64,000 nucleotides of DNA from Chiloscyllium plagiosum (taxonomy: Eukaryota), in the NCBI RefSeq assembly GCF_004010195.1, contig NC_057711.1:70477018-70541017 (forward strand), written 5' to 3'. Below, piece by piece: positions 12,331 to 26,185 of this stretch. Positions within the stretch are counted from its first letter, which is position 1, and the number at the start of each line of letters is the position of its first letter. Below the pieces are notes generated by a model that saw only the letters and a program-made list of their open reading frames with translations, made no database searches and was not told the origin of the DNA. A program made the translations under genes and the position numbers.

Positions 12331-13229
12331 CCTTTTTTTTATTTCAAAAATATACTTTATTCATAAAAACCTTTACACAGTCATGAACATAGTTTGGCTC
12401 TGTACAGTGCAGCATATCAAGGAAACAAATAAACATTGGAATTTGACTCTATTCAAACAAACCAAATGTATCTCTTACTTGACCAGACTATATTTACACA
12501 AATTTGAGGCAGCAGGAGAGCCTGATAACTGAACAGACCCCAAGTTAACTTCAGTAGAAGGACATTCGACAGTGTTCTTCCCCCATTGCGCCTTGGTGGC
12601 AGCTGGCCCAAGCTTCAGTGCATCCCTCAGCACGTAGTCCTGGACATTGGAATGTGCCAGTCTGCAACACTTGGTCAAGGTCAACTCCTTGTTCTGGAAG
12701 ATCAGCAAGTTTCAGGCAGACCAAAGGGCATTTTTCATCGAGTTGATGATTGTCCAGGTGCAGTTGATGTTTGTCTCAATGCGTCCTGGGGAACAGATCA
12801 TAGCACACAGACTCCTGCATGACGGGGCTGCTTGCGATGAACCGCAACAAAAACCACTGCATCTTTCTCGAGGCCCCCTTTGCAAAGGCACCTTCCAGAA
12901 GGAGATGTGTGACAGTCTCTGCACACCCATAGCTGATATGGAATGGTCCAACTATTTGGAGCATTCTGTGGCGCCAAAGTCAGTCTCTTCCTTCACAACA
13001 CCAGGGACAGGTAGAACCTCAGTATGTAGTGACACTTGGTGTTTGCTTACTGAGGGTCTATGCACAGCTTGATGCAGTCACACACAAAGGTGGCCATCAG
13101 GTTGAGGACAACATTGGGTATGTTCTTATTCAGAGTTTTATACATGGTGTCCCTGCAGATTCAGTCTAGCTTAGATCTCCAGATAAAGTGGAAGATGGCT
13201 TAGGTGACTGCAGTGGTGCAGGTTTGGGG
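12331..13229 (-). mobile_element. Tx1-like (L1 clade) LINE 3' fragment
   Basis: AETVTHLLLEGAFAK knuckle remnant and HSNVQDYVLRDALKLG..KAQWGK C-terminus, poly(T) on + at 12333-12340, candidate TSD aatcacaa 12323-12330 / 13230-13237. Confidence 0.85.
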
Positions 13230-14117
13230 AATCACAATGTCTGCTGATATATGAGGGTGCAATGCTAGTTCTGGTTAGATTTACCAGTTCTTCTGCTTGC
13301 TTCTGATACAAATTGGTTAGTCTGGTTAGAGGGCAGGTAGACACTGTTGCATTTTTTCCCTAGTTTCAACTGATTTGTCTTCCTGGGTTTAGGTGGAATA
13401 TATTGTGTAACATTCTCTTGTAGCAGTGATCGGAATCTAGCTTCTCGCAGCTGCTTGGGTATGTATATGAATTATTTTGCAATTTCATAGTTTTGCAGTA
13501 GTAAGTAGAACAGCTGCCAATGTGCATTGAGATTGCTTTTCAATCTGACCAGCTCCAAGAGAGGAAAATAACAATCATTGTGTCTCATCCCGTGTTTTCA
13601 ACTGTGGCCTTTAGTTTTTTCCATTTCTGTGGCTGCCTGTGTCTTTCAGAAGCTTTCAGCATCCCTGTTCATCTTTTAGTAGCTATGGTTCTTTACAATT
13701 CTTTAATACTCACTCTCAGCTCCACTCTGACACCATGGTACCACTTATTGGATAACAGTCCTTTCTTGAACTGCTAGTAAGATGGCTGCCTGCAGTAAGA
13801 ATGGCTCAAGGCTGAGGTTACAAGACTATGGAAGACCAGGAAAGACATTTGTACACGTTTGCATTTTAATCCAAACCAGTATCAGCTGGTTGTTCCTTTA
13901 CACTTGTGCCTCATTCCAATTCTTTGGCTACCAGTCCATTTTCAAAAGACTGAAATAGACTCTACCCCAATTAAGTATTTGAACTAAAGACTGTTCCTCT
14001 TCCTTTTGTAACAATATTCTCAAGCTTTTGATACTATGATCTCTGTTCTATAAATGTTACTCTAATTTATCCACTCACTTATCTCATTCTTCAACATCTG
14101 ATCCAGCAAATCCTCAA

Positions 14118-15235
14118 TAAAAGAAAAATACTGCAAATGCTGGTGTTCAAAAATAAAACCAGCAAGCACTGGGGAAATTCAATGGTCTGGCAGCAGCTGT
14201 GGGAAGAGAAATAGAGTTAACATTTCAAATCCAGCATGACTCTACTTTCGAACGGATAAATAATTAAGTTGGTTGATGTTAGACCAACAGATCTATTATA
14301 TTGGGTAAGAGGCAAGACAGTAGAGTCCAGATGGAGGAAAAGTATTGGAGTTGGGTAAGGCAATCCATTGATTAGGGAGAGGCCTCCTGCCCAAAGGAAT
14401 AGGCAAAGAGGCAAAGGTGACAGAAGAAGAGATTAACAGTGTTTTGTGTCAAAGATTAATTGAGGTGGTGACGTAAGGGAATAAAACTGAGTCCTTTGCT
14501 GAATAAATATCATTCATCATTAGACAACAGAAGATCAGAGTGAATAGTGAATACACAATAAAAATTGGGATTAGAAGAAGGGTTAAAGTGAGACAAAGAA
14601 TGAAATAGAACTGGACACTGGGATAACTTTTAGATAGTATGAGTCAGTGCTCATGGAGAGTGAAAGGTTAAATGTTTGCATGTGCATTGCATTGAATGTG
14701 GACTTAAGGGTGTGGTGAGAGCAACAGTTTGAGTTGGATATGTCTCGCAAGTACCTGTAATCTTGCGTGGATTTGCAATGCGATGGATGAAAATTCTATT
14801 GGCAATCACATTGGATGAATTGAAGCCAGAGGCAGTCACTGGTGAAAGAGATGTGGCTCTGAAAAAAGTTGGTAATCATCTTTTGAAACACTGGGAAGGA
14901 AATTGGAAGCAATGAAATTAACATGATGAAAGAGACAAACAGGAATCCTGTCAGAGAGAAGAGCAGGAATTCCTCAAGGCAGACATTCCTGGAAGTGAAG
15001 TGGCAGTGGATTATACACTAAAACAAAGGTAAAACACTGAGGAAGTTGGAGATCTTAAATAAAATCAGAAACTGTGGGAGAAACTCAGCACATCTGGCAG
15101 CATCTGTGGAGGGACAAACAAAGGTAACGCTTGTATCCAATGGGATTCTTCTTTGGAAGGCCAGCAATGAAACCTTCCCCTTTAGGTCTGAAGCATATCA
15201 AGAAAATCTTCCTGCTCCAGAAATTTCAGTCTTTC
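14118..15235 (-). mobile_element. Old, highly decayed PLE with pLTR-like ends
   Basis: actgcaaatgctgg...tctggcagcagctgtgg termini at 14150-14250 and 15035-15140, resembling solo copies at 15920-16020, 23725-23820, 49980-50065. Confidence 0.45.
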
Positions 15236-16399
15236 TCTGTCCATTATCCCCACTATTATTAGCCTCCTCTATATTAGGATTTAAATGCAGCTTTCTGTCA
15301 TTTCCTTGTAGATTTGTTGCTCTATATTGTTCCCTGTAGTTGATCTACAGAATACATTTATTATTATAAAAGCACCTCTATTATGGTTAACACTGACAAT
15401 GTAGATTATATCCTTGACCTCTCTGGGACATCATTTTCTATAGCATTGTGATATTCTCCGCACTGCTCCCATTTGATAGCATCCACATTGTCTGAATTTA
15501 TTCCTGGTCCAACAGCATCAGAAAAATTACATTTACAATAATTCAAAGGTTTAGATGTTCTCAATCATTTTAGAATTTTATTTTATGATTTCAATGTACA
15601 CAATAAATGCAATGAACCTGTACCACTTTTTTAAAAAAAAAATCTTTGTGATCATGAGTGCTGCTGGAAAGGCCATAATTTGTTTCTGAAACCTAATTGT
15701 TCTTGAGACAGTGGTGATGAACCATCGTCATGAAATGCTGCAATCCAGTGGGAGCAGGTGTACCTAGCTTCTGTAAGTCATGGAGTGCCATTATTTTAAC
15801 CCAGAAATATTGGTAAATGTAAGAGAATCCTCAAGCATCCATTGTACTTTATTCATGTCATATGTGCATAATTTCTGAAAAGACTAAGTGCTTTAATTTG
15901 TTTTCAGGACCGGAAATAATTTGAAACAAAAACAGAAAGTACTAGAGCAAATCAGATAGCATTTGTAGTGAAAAAAAAACAAAGTTGACATTTCAAGTCC
16001 AGTGGCCCTTCGTCGGAATTGAATAATCTACTTTTGTCAGAACTGAGAATAACCTACTTTCGTGTTTTAGTTGTTTGTTTGTATGTCTCTTCACAGCAAT
16101 GTCCATTGCAGTCTCAGCCTCAACATGCTCCCAATTTCCAGAATTGCACAGATTAAGAAGAAAGTTATTAGACTGGGACATCAGGTCCCTTTCTGACCCT
16201 TAGGACTGACTTATATTTCTGGCTTTTGCCTCCTTCTCATAAGATAGCAGAGGTGCACACAACTTGCTCTGAGTCTTCAATTTAGAAACTGGGGCATGCT
16301 GAGTAGGAAGTAGCAATGATGACTCTAGAATGACCCCTGCTCATTTTAATTCCCAGGCCTCAATTAAATGATTGGACACCGATTCTCAACTGAGAATAG

Positions 16400-16545
16400 G
16401 TGAAATCTCATGGAACCTATAACATTCGACAAGGTAAATGCAGGACGGATATTCCCAATGACTGAGAAATCCAGAACAAGGGGTCACAGTCTAATGTTAC
16501 TGGGTAGGCCACTTAGGGCTGAGATGAGGAAAAATCTCTTCACTG
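16400..16545 (+). mobile_element. CR1 3' fragment
   Basis: DKVNAGRIFP..SRTRGHSL..RAEMRKNLF, typical CR1 ORF2 end. Confidence 0.8.
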
Positions 16546-16549
16546 GTCT

Positions 16550-18372
16550 AACTGCAATGTATGGCAATACAACTACCCCAAGACTTTTGTTGATTTGCAG
16601 AGATCATTGTTGTCAAACATGTACTGCCATAGTTTGTAGTGATGCAGTTGATCTGAACTTTATTCATAACTGACACAAGAGGGAAGTTGATCTTTGAGTT
16701 GAACAGCCACAGATCATGCAGATTGTAACTATTATTGGAGATAATCTCAAAGCCTGCATGATACTGTTCTGATTTTTGAAGGCATGTGTTTCATTTATCC
16801 CACTGAAGACAGGTGTATTCATATTATCTGCAATTGCAGAATTGTGAGGAAGTTAGTTGGATATCCAATCTTGAAGAACAATCCACAAATGCTTTGTGAT
16901 TTACTGAGCCAAATGCTTTCCTCAGTCAAATGAATGCAATGAAAAGCTCTGATGCTGTGTTGATATTTTTCTTGGATTTGTCTTGCAACAAATATCATGT
17001 CATTTTGTTTGAAAGGTCTCAGGCCACACTATGTCTCTGAGAGGATTTCCTCAGCCATAGAAAACAGGTGATTCAGGAGGATGTGTGGTAGGATTTTCCC
17101 TGTTGTGGACAAGAGAGAAACACCTCAATAGTTCCACACAGTATGATTTATCTCTCTTTTTAAAGATTTTTACAATTGCCATTTTCCTGAAATGAGGAGG
17201 AGTTATTTTTTCTCCCGAATACATTGGATGAGTCCATGGAACAGCGATGTGAGCAAAAGCCTTTGCAAAGCTGATTCTCCCACATATTCCAAATTAATTT
17301 ACAACCTCTCCCAATGCACTAAAAATGATGTTGCAGTGGCATTGATCTAGGTTCTGTTGAAGTGCAACAATTTCAGCCTGTACATATTTCACTTTCTCAG
17401 AATGAGTCCCAATGTCCATGGAATCTAAAGTTCTCCATTCTGCATCATCTTTCTAACCATGTATTTATATGCTGTGTATTTCTAATTGTTTTTATGAACC
17501 CAGGAAACTGGGAGTGATCTGGAGATAACTATATTTAAATTTCTCCTTATTCATCTTCTAAATGTGTTGCCATCTCTCAGAACAACGTCTGGATATTTGT
17601 CATCCCTCCATTGATGCCTGTAAGTGATAGAATTCCAGCCAACACAACAATTGTTTAGTTGCTCTTATGCCCAAGACCCTAATGTTTGCTGCCACAATTA
17701 TTTCAAAAACCAGTGGTTAAGCCATGGTAAACCTTTGATTTTTCATGCCGCAAAGAGCCTATCATAACATGTATTGAACTACATAAATAATCACTATAGT
17801 TACTAGGGAGATAATTATATGGTGACTTTTATTGTTGACTATTTGTATAATTATGTAAAATTATTATGCTTTTTGAAATCCATGTAAAGCAACCAGACTT
17901 GTTGATCCATTGGAAACATTTGCTAAAATTTCCAACAGTCTGTTCAGTGAAGCTTTTACTTGACCCACTTATCTGCTTAAAGTCAATTTCAGCTACCAAG
18001 CATTGTTGATAGAGAGGAGCCATGAACTAAGTTTGTAAGATATTGTTACCAAACAGCCAGATTCTTATTTGTTGCACCAGCAAATGAAGTTTGTCAAGGT
18101 GAAGTTTTTCAGAAAAACAGCAAAAAACATGCCTTATATGCAGTTGGAGATTGCACACTGGTTTCAAGTTAATGGAGTGGAAACCCTTGACTTTCAGGAT
18201 TGCAGCAGGTTTTCTGAAGGAGCCTGTAAAGTGAAATGGATGCAGCCAATGAAGCTCTTCATTTGATAGGATTCAGCAATATCTGTCAACCCTAGGTACC
18301 AATCTTTATGTTTCCAATGGTAGAGGTGGAGGAAGGAGGTGGCCCACACCATGATCTTACCGTTCCTCCAAT
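16550..18372 (-). mobile_element. Decayed RTE-clade LINE (endonuclease + RT)
   Basis: Minus strand: IVKIFKKRDKS..NY*GVSLLSTTGKILPHILLNHL..EEILSET*CGLRP..DMIFVARQIQEK..KAFGSVNH; HGVG motif near 18345. Confidence 0.75.
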
Positions 18373-19084
18373 CCAATACGAATTTTATGAATGTTGTATT
18401 TATATTCTCTTCTTTTCCCCTCTATGTACACTTCATATTTATTTGCATTGAACTATAGTTGCCACTTATTCCCTTCTTAGCCTGTCTACATGTGTCCATG
18501 AGTTCTGATTGCTGATGAATTTTTGTTTCAGTTTGATACTCCTAACACTCCAGTGTCATAAACTGATTTTGTTATTAGTTCACTACTCTTGTCAAAACTT
18601 ATTTTAGTATCTGAAGAACAAAAGCGCATCTTATACAATTTATTGGGCATGCCATCAGACACATTTCTCCAAACCAAGAAACATTAATCTGTTTCCACTA
18701 TTTCCAGCTCTCCAGCCAAGTTTCTACATGCTATCACTTCACCTCAAATAATGTGGAGTTCAATATTCAGAGCAAGTCGCTTCCTGGCTCTTTGTCAAAC
18801 ATGTTTAAGGCCCAAATTTACTACATTTACTTTTAATATTTACTTTATATATTAAATTTTCCTGAAAGCATTTTAGTTATGCATGGTTTTCTCTTTGTAA
18901 ATTGAAGTTCACTGTTACAGATGAGTTCATGTTTTTCTGAGTATTCATTAATTTATTTCTCATCATGCTGTTCATCAGTTTCCATGCTATTGGCACAAGG
19001 TTAATTGATCAATAATTTCTATGTTTAGCCCTCTCATTTCTGCTTAACATTGAGCCAATATTTATCAAGCAATAGTCTTTTTAG

Positions 19085-19808
19085 AGTTCTTTTCATGGGA
19101 TGAAAGCATAACTGTAAAGCAAGCATTTATTGCTTGTCCTAATTGCTCTTGAAAAAGTGGTGCTGAGATGCCTTCAGGAATCACTAAATCCAGTGTCGAT
19201 GTTGTTATTAAAGGAGCTCCAGAATATTGGCCTGGTGACAGAGAGAGCAATAAAGACTCGAGTCAGGATTGTGTATGGCATGGATGGGAGGTTACAGCTA
19301 GCGTTGCCCATCTAGCTGCTGGAGGTGAGGGGTTTAGAAGGTGCTATTGAAGAGGACTTGCTGCATTGCTGCAGTGCATCTTACAGATGGTACATAATGC
19401 TGCCAAGTGATGTAGGCTTTGCTGATGTTGGCAGTGTATGTTAACTGGTGGCTGTGGTGCTGCTCAAGCAGGCTATTTTGTAGTGGATGGCATCAAACGT
19501 CTTAAGTGATGTTGGAGCTGCACTCATCCAGGTAAGTGGGAAGAATTCCTTTACACTCCAGCCTTGTGCTAAATAAATGGTGGGCAGGCACTGGGGAATT
19601 AAGGAGGTATGTTAATTTGCTGCGGATTCCTAGCTTCTGTCTGTGCCTAGTATTTATTTGGCTGGTCCAGTTCAGTTTCCAGTCAATGATGATACACCAT
19701 ATCTTGATTGGGAGAATTTTGCATTGAATGTCAAGGGGAGATGGTTAGATTCTCTCTTTTTGAAGATGGTCATTGCATTTGAATGTCAAGGGGAGATGGT
19801 TAGATTCT
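19085..19808 (-). mobile_element. Old CR1/L2-group LINE, 3' part (continues beyond 22610)
   Basis: gcatttattgc..cctaattgc tail also seen at 15670, 39065 and 47290; sequence resumes after the younger CR1. Confidence 0.5.
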
Positions 19809-20285
19809 TTCTTTATCATAGCAATTACAGAAACATGGCTCAAGGATGGGCAGGATTGGCAGCTTAATGTTCCAGGATACAAATGCTACAGGAAAGATAG
19901 AAAGGGAGACAAGTGAGGGGGGGGGGGGGCGCTTTTGATAAGGGATAGCATTACAGCTGTGCTGAGGGAGGATATTCCTGGAATACATCCAGGGAAGTTA
20001 TTTGGGTGGAACTGAGAAATAAGAAAGGGATGATCACCATATTGAGATTGTATTATTGACCCCCTAAGTAGTCAGAGGGAAATTGAGAAACAAACCTGTA
20101 AGGAGATCTCAGCTATCTGTAAGAATAATAGGGTGGTTATGGTAGGGGGTTTTAACTTTCCAAACATTGACTGGGTTTGCCATAGTGTTAAGGGTTTAGA
20201 TGGAGAGAAATTTTGTTAAGTGTGTACAAGAAAATTTTCTGATTCAGTATGTGGATGTACCTACTAGACAAGGTACAAAACTGAA

Positions 20286-20416
20286 GGTTTCCTGAAGAAG
20301 GGCCTGTGCCCGAAACGTCGAATCTCCTGTTCCCTGGATGCTGCCTGACCTGCTGTGCTGTTCCAGCAATAAAGTTTCAACTTTGATCTCCAGCATCTGC
20401 AGACCTCACTTTCTCC
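20286..20416 (+). mobile_element. Solo 131-bp PLE pLTR inserted in CR1 ORF2
   Basis: TSD acaaaactgaa 20275-20285 / 20417-20427. Confidence 0.92.
20288..20323 (+). ncRNA. Minimal type I hammerhead ribozyme motif, core intact
   Basis: ttc-CUGAAGA-A-GGGC(cugu)GCCC-GAAA-C-GUC^-gaa; predicted cleavage after 20319; activity not demonstrated. Confidence 0.75.
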
Positions 20417-22609
20417 ACAAAACTGAACCTACTCTTGGGAAATAAGGCAGGGCAGGTGACTGAAGTGTCAGTGGGGGAGCACTTTGGAGCCAGTGACAAT
20501 AATTCTATTAGATTTGAAATAGTGATGGAAAAGGATAGACCAGATCTAAAAGTTGAAATTCTAAATTGGAGAAAGGCCAATTTTTTCAGTATTGGGCAAG
20601 AACTTTCAAAAGCTGATTGGGGGCAGATGTTCGCAGGTAAAAGGACGGCTGGAAAATGGGAAGCCTTCAGAAATGAGATAACGTGAATCCAGAGAAAGTA
20701 TATTCCTGTTAGAGTGAAAGGAAAGGCTGGTAGGTGGAGGGGATGCTGGATGACTAAAGAAATTGAGGGTTTCGTTAAGAATAAGAAAAAGAAGGAAGCG
20801 TATGTCAGGTATAGACAGGATAGATCGATTTATTCATATTCACCTGAATAGTTCTTCAAAGACTCTTATGTGTATGGAAGGTACTAAGGGTAACTAGAGA
20901 GAGAACAGGGCCCCTCAAAGATCATCAAGACAGCCTTCGTGTGGAGCCGCAGAAAATGAGGGAGATATTAAACAAGTATTTTGCATCAGTATTTACTGTG
21001 GAAAATGATATGGAAGATATAGAAAGTAGCGAAATAAATGATGACATCTTGTAAACTGTCCAAATTTCAGAGGAGGAAGTGCTGGATGTCTTGAAATGCA
21101 TAAAGGTGAATAAATCCCCAGGACCTGATCATGTGTACCTTACAACTCTGTGGGAAGCGAGAGAAGTGATTGCTGGGCCTCTTGCTGAGATATTTGTATC
21201 ATTGATAGTCAAAGGTGAGGTGCTGGAAGACTGGAGCTCGGCTAACGTGGTGCCACTCTTTAAGAAGGGTGATAAGGACAAGTCAGGGAACTATAGACCA
21301 GTGAGCCTGACCTCGGTGGTGGGGAGGGACAGGATGTACATGTATTTGGAAAGGCAAGGACTGATTACAGATAGTCAACATGGTTTTGTGCGTGGGAAAT
21401 CATGTCTCACAAACTTGATTGAGTTTTTTGAGGAAGTAACAAAGAGGATTGATGAGGGCAGAGCGGTAGACGAGATCTATATGGACTTCAGTAAGGCATT
21501 CGACAAGGTTCCCCATGGGAGACTGGTTAGCAAGGTTAAATCTCATGGATTACATGGAGAACTAGCCATTTGGATACAGAACTGGCTCAAAGGTAGAAGA
21601 CAGAAGGTATTGGTGGAAGGTTGTTTTTCAGACTGGAGGCCTCTGATCAGTGGAGTGCCACAAGGATCGGTGTTGGGTCCACTACTTTATGTAATTTTTA
21701 TATAAATGATTTGGATGTGAATATTGGAGGTGTAGTGGATAACGAAGAAGGTTACCTCAGATTACAACAGGATCTTGATCAGATGGGTCAATTTAATTCA
21801 GATAAATGTGATGTACTGCAGTTTGGGAAAGCAAATCTTAGCAGGACTTATACACTTAATGATAAGGTCCTAGAGAGTGTTACTGAACAAAGAGACCTTG
21901 GAGTGCATGTTCATAACTCCTTGAAAGTGGAGTTGCAGGTAAATAGGATAGTGAAGAAAGCGTTTGGAAAGCTTTCTTTTATTGGTCAGAGGATTGAGTA
22001 CAGGAGTTGGGACGACATGTTGCAGCTGTACAGGACATTGGTTAGGCCACTGTTGGAATATTGCATGCAATTCTGGTCTCCTTCCTATCGGAAAGATGTT
22101 GTGAAAACTTGAAAGGGTTCAGAAAAGATTTACAAGGATGTTGCCAGGGTTGGAGGATTTGAGCTATGAGAGAGGCTGAACAGACTGAGGCTGTTTTCCC
22201 TGGAGCATCAGACGCTGAGGGGTGACCTTATAGAGGTTTACAAAATTATGAGGGACATGGATAGGGTAAATAGACAAAGTCTTTTCCCTGATGTTGGGGA
22301 GTCCAGAACTAGAGGGCATAGGTTTAGGATGAGAGGGGAAAGATATAAAAGAGACAAAGGGGCAACTTTTTCACGCAGAGGGTGGTATGTGTATGGAATG
22401 AGCTGCCAGAGGAAGTGGTGGAGGCTGGTACAATTGCAATATTTAAAAGGCATTTGGATGTGTATATGAATAGGAAGAGTTTGGAGGGATATGGGCCGGG
22501 TGCTAGCAGGTGGGACTAAATTGGGTTGGGATATTTGGTTGGCATGGACAGGTTGGACTGAAGGGTCTGTTTCCATGCTGTGCATCTCTATGACTCTATG
22601 ACTCTATGT

Positions 22610-25600
22610 TCATTGCCCATTGACTGTCAAGTGTAGATGATTTGATTCTCGCCTTTTCAAGATGGTCATTGCAGGTTGAATGTCACTGATCAACTGAAGT
22701 CTCATTGGAACTCATTCCTAATGAGGGGCTTATGCCCGAAACGTTGATTCTCCTGCTCCTCAGATGCTGCCTGACCTGCTGTGCATTTCCAGCAATAGCA
22801 GTGAATATCACCATTTCTGACCTTATTATGAAGGGACGGTTATAAATAAAGCAGCTTGTTGCATAGATAAAACTAGTTGTATCTATGAAGCCATTTGGCG
22901 GAACTTCTTCAAAATTGTCTTTGGGCTGAGATGATTGACCTCCAACAAACACCACCAACTTCCTTTCTTCTGGGAATGAAGAGTTTTCTCCCAGTTTGTA
23001 TTAATTGTAATTTTGCAAGGGAGAATGATGACATATTCTGTTAAACATGACTTGACACCAGGGGGAGTCACTGACAACTGATCATTGAATTGAGCTGTTT
23101 GTCTATGTTTGGAACAAGGCTGTAATGAGATCAGGAATTGAGTGGCCTTGACAGAGCTCAAACTGAGCATCAGTGATCAGGTTATTGCTAGGTAAATGTT
23201 GCTTGATTACACTATCAACAATACTTTCCATTGTTTTGCTGATGATTTAGAGTAGGCTGACTGTGCAATTTTTTTTATGGACAAGGCACACCTGGGCACT
23301 TCTGCAACATTATCAGAGTGATGGCAGTACTTTAGCTGTATCGGAGCATATTGTCTAGGGGAATGGATACTTCTGGAGCATGAGTTTTCAGTATCTGGGA
23401 AAACCAGTGGCTATACTGTATCCAGTGACCTCAGCTGACTCTTAATATCATATGAAGTAAATTTGATTGACTGAAAACTGACATCTGGGGACACCAAGAG
23501 GAGGCCAAGATGGATCATTCATTTGATACTATTAACTGAAGATGGTTATAAATGGTTCAGCCTTGTCTTTTCACTGATGTGCTATCAATTGCCAGCTGTT
23601 TCTTTTTTTGGCTTGCATGTACTGTGATTCTGTGTTGTAGCTTCACCAGATTGCCACCTTGTTTCTAGGTATGCCTGGTACTGTTTCTGGCATCCTCTCC
23701 TCATTGAACTAGCATTCATTCAGAGCAAAAACAAAAATTGCTGGAAAATCTCAGTACATCTGGCAGCAACTGTGGAGAGAAATAAGAGTAAACATTCTGG
23801 GTCCAGTGACCCTTCGACAGTTCTAATTTTTTTTGTTGTTGAGCATTTATCCAATTTTATTGGTAATGGTTGAGTGGGGAATATGTCAGTTCATAAAGTT
23901 AGAGATCGCAGTGGAATACAATTCCATTGTTGCTGTTGATCCACAGCATGTTGTGAATAGCCAGTTTCAACTACTTGATATATTTGATGTCTATCCCACA
24001 TAGGACAGTGCACACAACACCATAGATGGTATCATCCATTATGGATTAAATGTGTCCTTGCATAGACTGTGCAGTAGTCACTTCTACCAATATTATTATT
24101 AAAAAATGCAACTGTGAAAAGTCAAGTTGACGAGGAAAAAAATCAATACATTTTATCCATTTGTTGGTTCCCTTATAACTTACTCCAGGTCCTGTTTGGC
24201 AGGTTCTTCCTAAAAGACTTGGCCACCTTGGTCAGAAGTGGTGCCACCAAACCATTCTTAATACCACATTTGGCAGTGAAGTATGATGATTCAGATGGAA
24301 TTCATTCGCACTGCCTGATTACATTTTTTTTCTCTCTTTTTTTCTTCTGTTTTGTGCTTTTTCTCTTCTCTTTTCTTTCTTCTGTTGGCCATGGATTCCT
24401 GGTCTCAGACTCCCAACCTCGGACTCTCAGCCTCAGACTCAGCACAGACCCACATGGCAGCCTTTCAGTCAAGTGTGGCAGCCTAGCAGCCCAGTGAGGT
24501 GGACTTCTGGCCCGGCGTATCAGATTCTCATCCCTGCGTGGCAATCTCTTGGCCTGCCCTGGTGGTCTCTCAGCCTGGTGTGGTCTCAGCAGTGCAATCC
24601 CTCTGTGACTAAGCAATCCCTCTGTGATTAAGAAAGTGTGTAATGTTTGAACTTGCACCTTTATTTCTTTATTTTCTGAAAAACCAGGAAGATGTGCAAT
24701 GTGTAACTTTTAACCTTATTCTGTATGTTTTATGTTTTACTATAGTTTCTGCAATGTTTATCTTTTAACTTTGTTCTCTCTTTCTACATTGCTCTCAAGA
24801 TTCTGCACTTAGATATTTGTACCAAAGATGGTGCCTTGCATGGTGACATTATACATGTTTCACTGTACTCCACTACTTTTGTACTTGAATACATATAACA
24901 GTAAAAATCAAATTAAATTTCACACCCAGTGTACATTCTGTGTCATTGTTACTTTCAGTACTTCTTCTGAATGGTATTCAACATGGAGAACTACAGATGC
25001 ATCAGCTGAGACAGAGTGATAGGTGATAACTAGCTGGATGTTTCTTTGCTCACATTCTGATGCCATGAATTTTCATGGGGTCTGGAGTCAATATTGACGA
25101 TGTCTGAATATTTATCGCCGTTCTGTCACCTCTGATGGTTCTGTCCTGCCTGTGGAACAAGTCATACCGCGGAATAGTCATACCGAGGTGCTGCTGTTGG
25201 AGCCAGGGAGATTATCTGTAGGATAAGATTCATTCAATGTGACTGTGTGAGGTTATTTGGCAAGTCTGTGGGTCAGCACTCCAATTTTGTCACAGATCCC
25301 CGGCTACTAGTTGTGCAGATTTTGTAGGGTTGACGGGGCTGAGTTCGCCATTATAGATTTCAGTGGTTAAACCAATGTTGGGTAGTCCGTCTCATATAAA
25401 TTTCTTTTCTGTCACAGTTTGATAAATAGCGTTGCTTGTTAGGTCAATTCAGAAGGTATGTAATTGGCACTAGATGGCTTGGAGTTGAAGTAGACTGAAC
25501 CAGGTAAGACAACAGATAGTTTCTCAAAAGGATGTTAGTGAAACAAATGCATTATTATGACAATTTGATTCTATTTCTGTGACTAGTTTTTAGTTTCAGA

Positions 25601-25730
25601 TTTATTAATTTCTTGACTTTAAATTAAATTCTACCAGCTGCCCTGACTGGATTTGTATCCAAGGCTCCAGACATTAGCCTTAGCCTCTGGATTACTAGTC
25701 GAGTACTATTACAACTGGGCAACCATTCCT
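22610..25730 (-). mobile_element. Continuation of the old CR1/L2-group LINE with nested inserts
   Basis: Picks up the aagatggtcattgca/tgaatgtca motif of 19760-19790; nested pLTRs at 22711-22793 and 23725-23820 and an unclassified insert at ~24320-24920. Confidence 0.45.
22711..22793 (+). mobile_element. Solo PLE pLTR (family A), hammerhead core mutated
   Basis: ctcattc-CTaATGA-ggggcttatgccc-GAAA-cgtt. Confidence 0.85.
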
Positions 25731-26036
25731 TTTACTAAAATTGCCCCTTCTAGATAACTTTGGTTAGCTATATTTAATACTATTGTTACTTCATTATTAA
25801 ACTGAATAATTATTCTGTAGTTTAAGTCAGGTACTGCTGAAAATAATGCCTTGGTTGCTTAAGGGTTTAGGGACCTGGAATGTCTTGAAACGATGTTTAC
25901 AATGTATCAAAACAAATCTTATGTAAAGAAAAAACATTTTTGATGATATAGCCAGAGTGTATGAGATACTTTCTCTGTCCCTCAATGTAGCCATGAACTG
26001 TTGTTTTACAAGGTCATAAGGCATGCCTCTAACTGA

Positions 26037-26185
26037 GCTGAAAATGTGTTGCTGGAAAAGCGCAGCAGGTCAGGCAGCATCCAGGGAACAGGAGAATCGA
26101 CGTTTCGGGCATAAGTCCTTCTTCAGGAAACAGGAGAATCGACGTTTCGGGCATAAGACAGGAGAATCGACCTTTCGGGCATAAG
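26037..26185 (-). mobile_element. PLE pLTR with two extra tandem copies of a 28-bp hammerhead half
   Basis: acaggagaatcgacgtttcgggcataag at 26088, 26130 and 26158 (one mismatch in the third); TSD atgcctctaactga 26023-26036 / 26194-26207. Confidence 0.9.

Larger units (their letters stand above)
19812..22608 (+). mobile_element. CR1 LINE, most of ORF2 (APE + RT), inactivated
   Basis: GEHFGASDNNSI, KSPGPD, NYRPVSLTSV, YMDFSKAFDKVPH, GVPQGSVLGPLL, YRTLVRPLLEYC, (gactctat)n tail; FADD motif deleted at ~21725. Confidence 0.95.

Noticed and set aside
26088..26185. Three 28-bp direct repeats resembling a CRISPR array
   Set aside because: Spacers are 14 and 0 bp, the unit is a piece of the PLE pLTR, there are no cas genes, and the context is eukaryotic.
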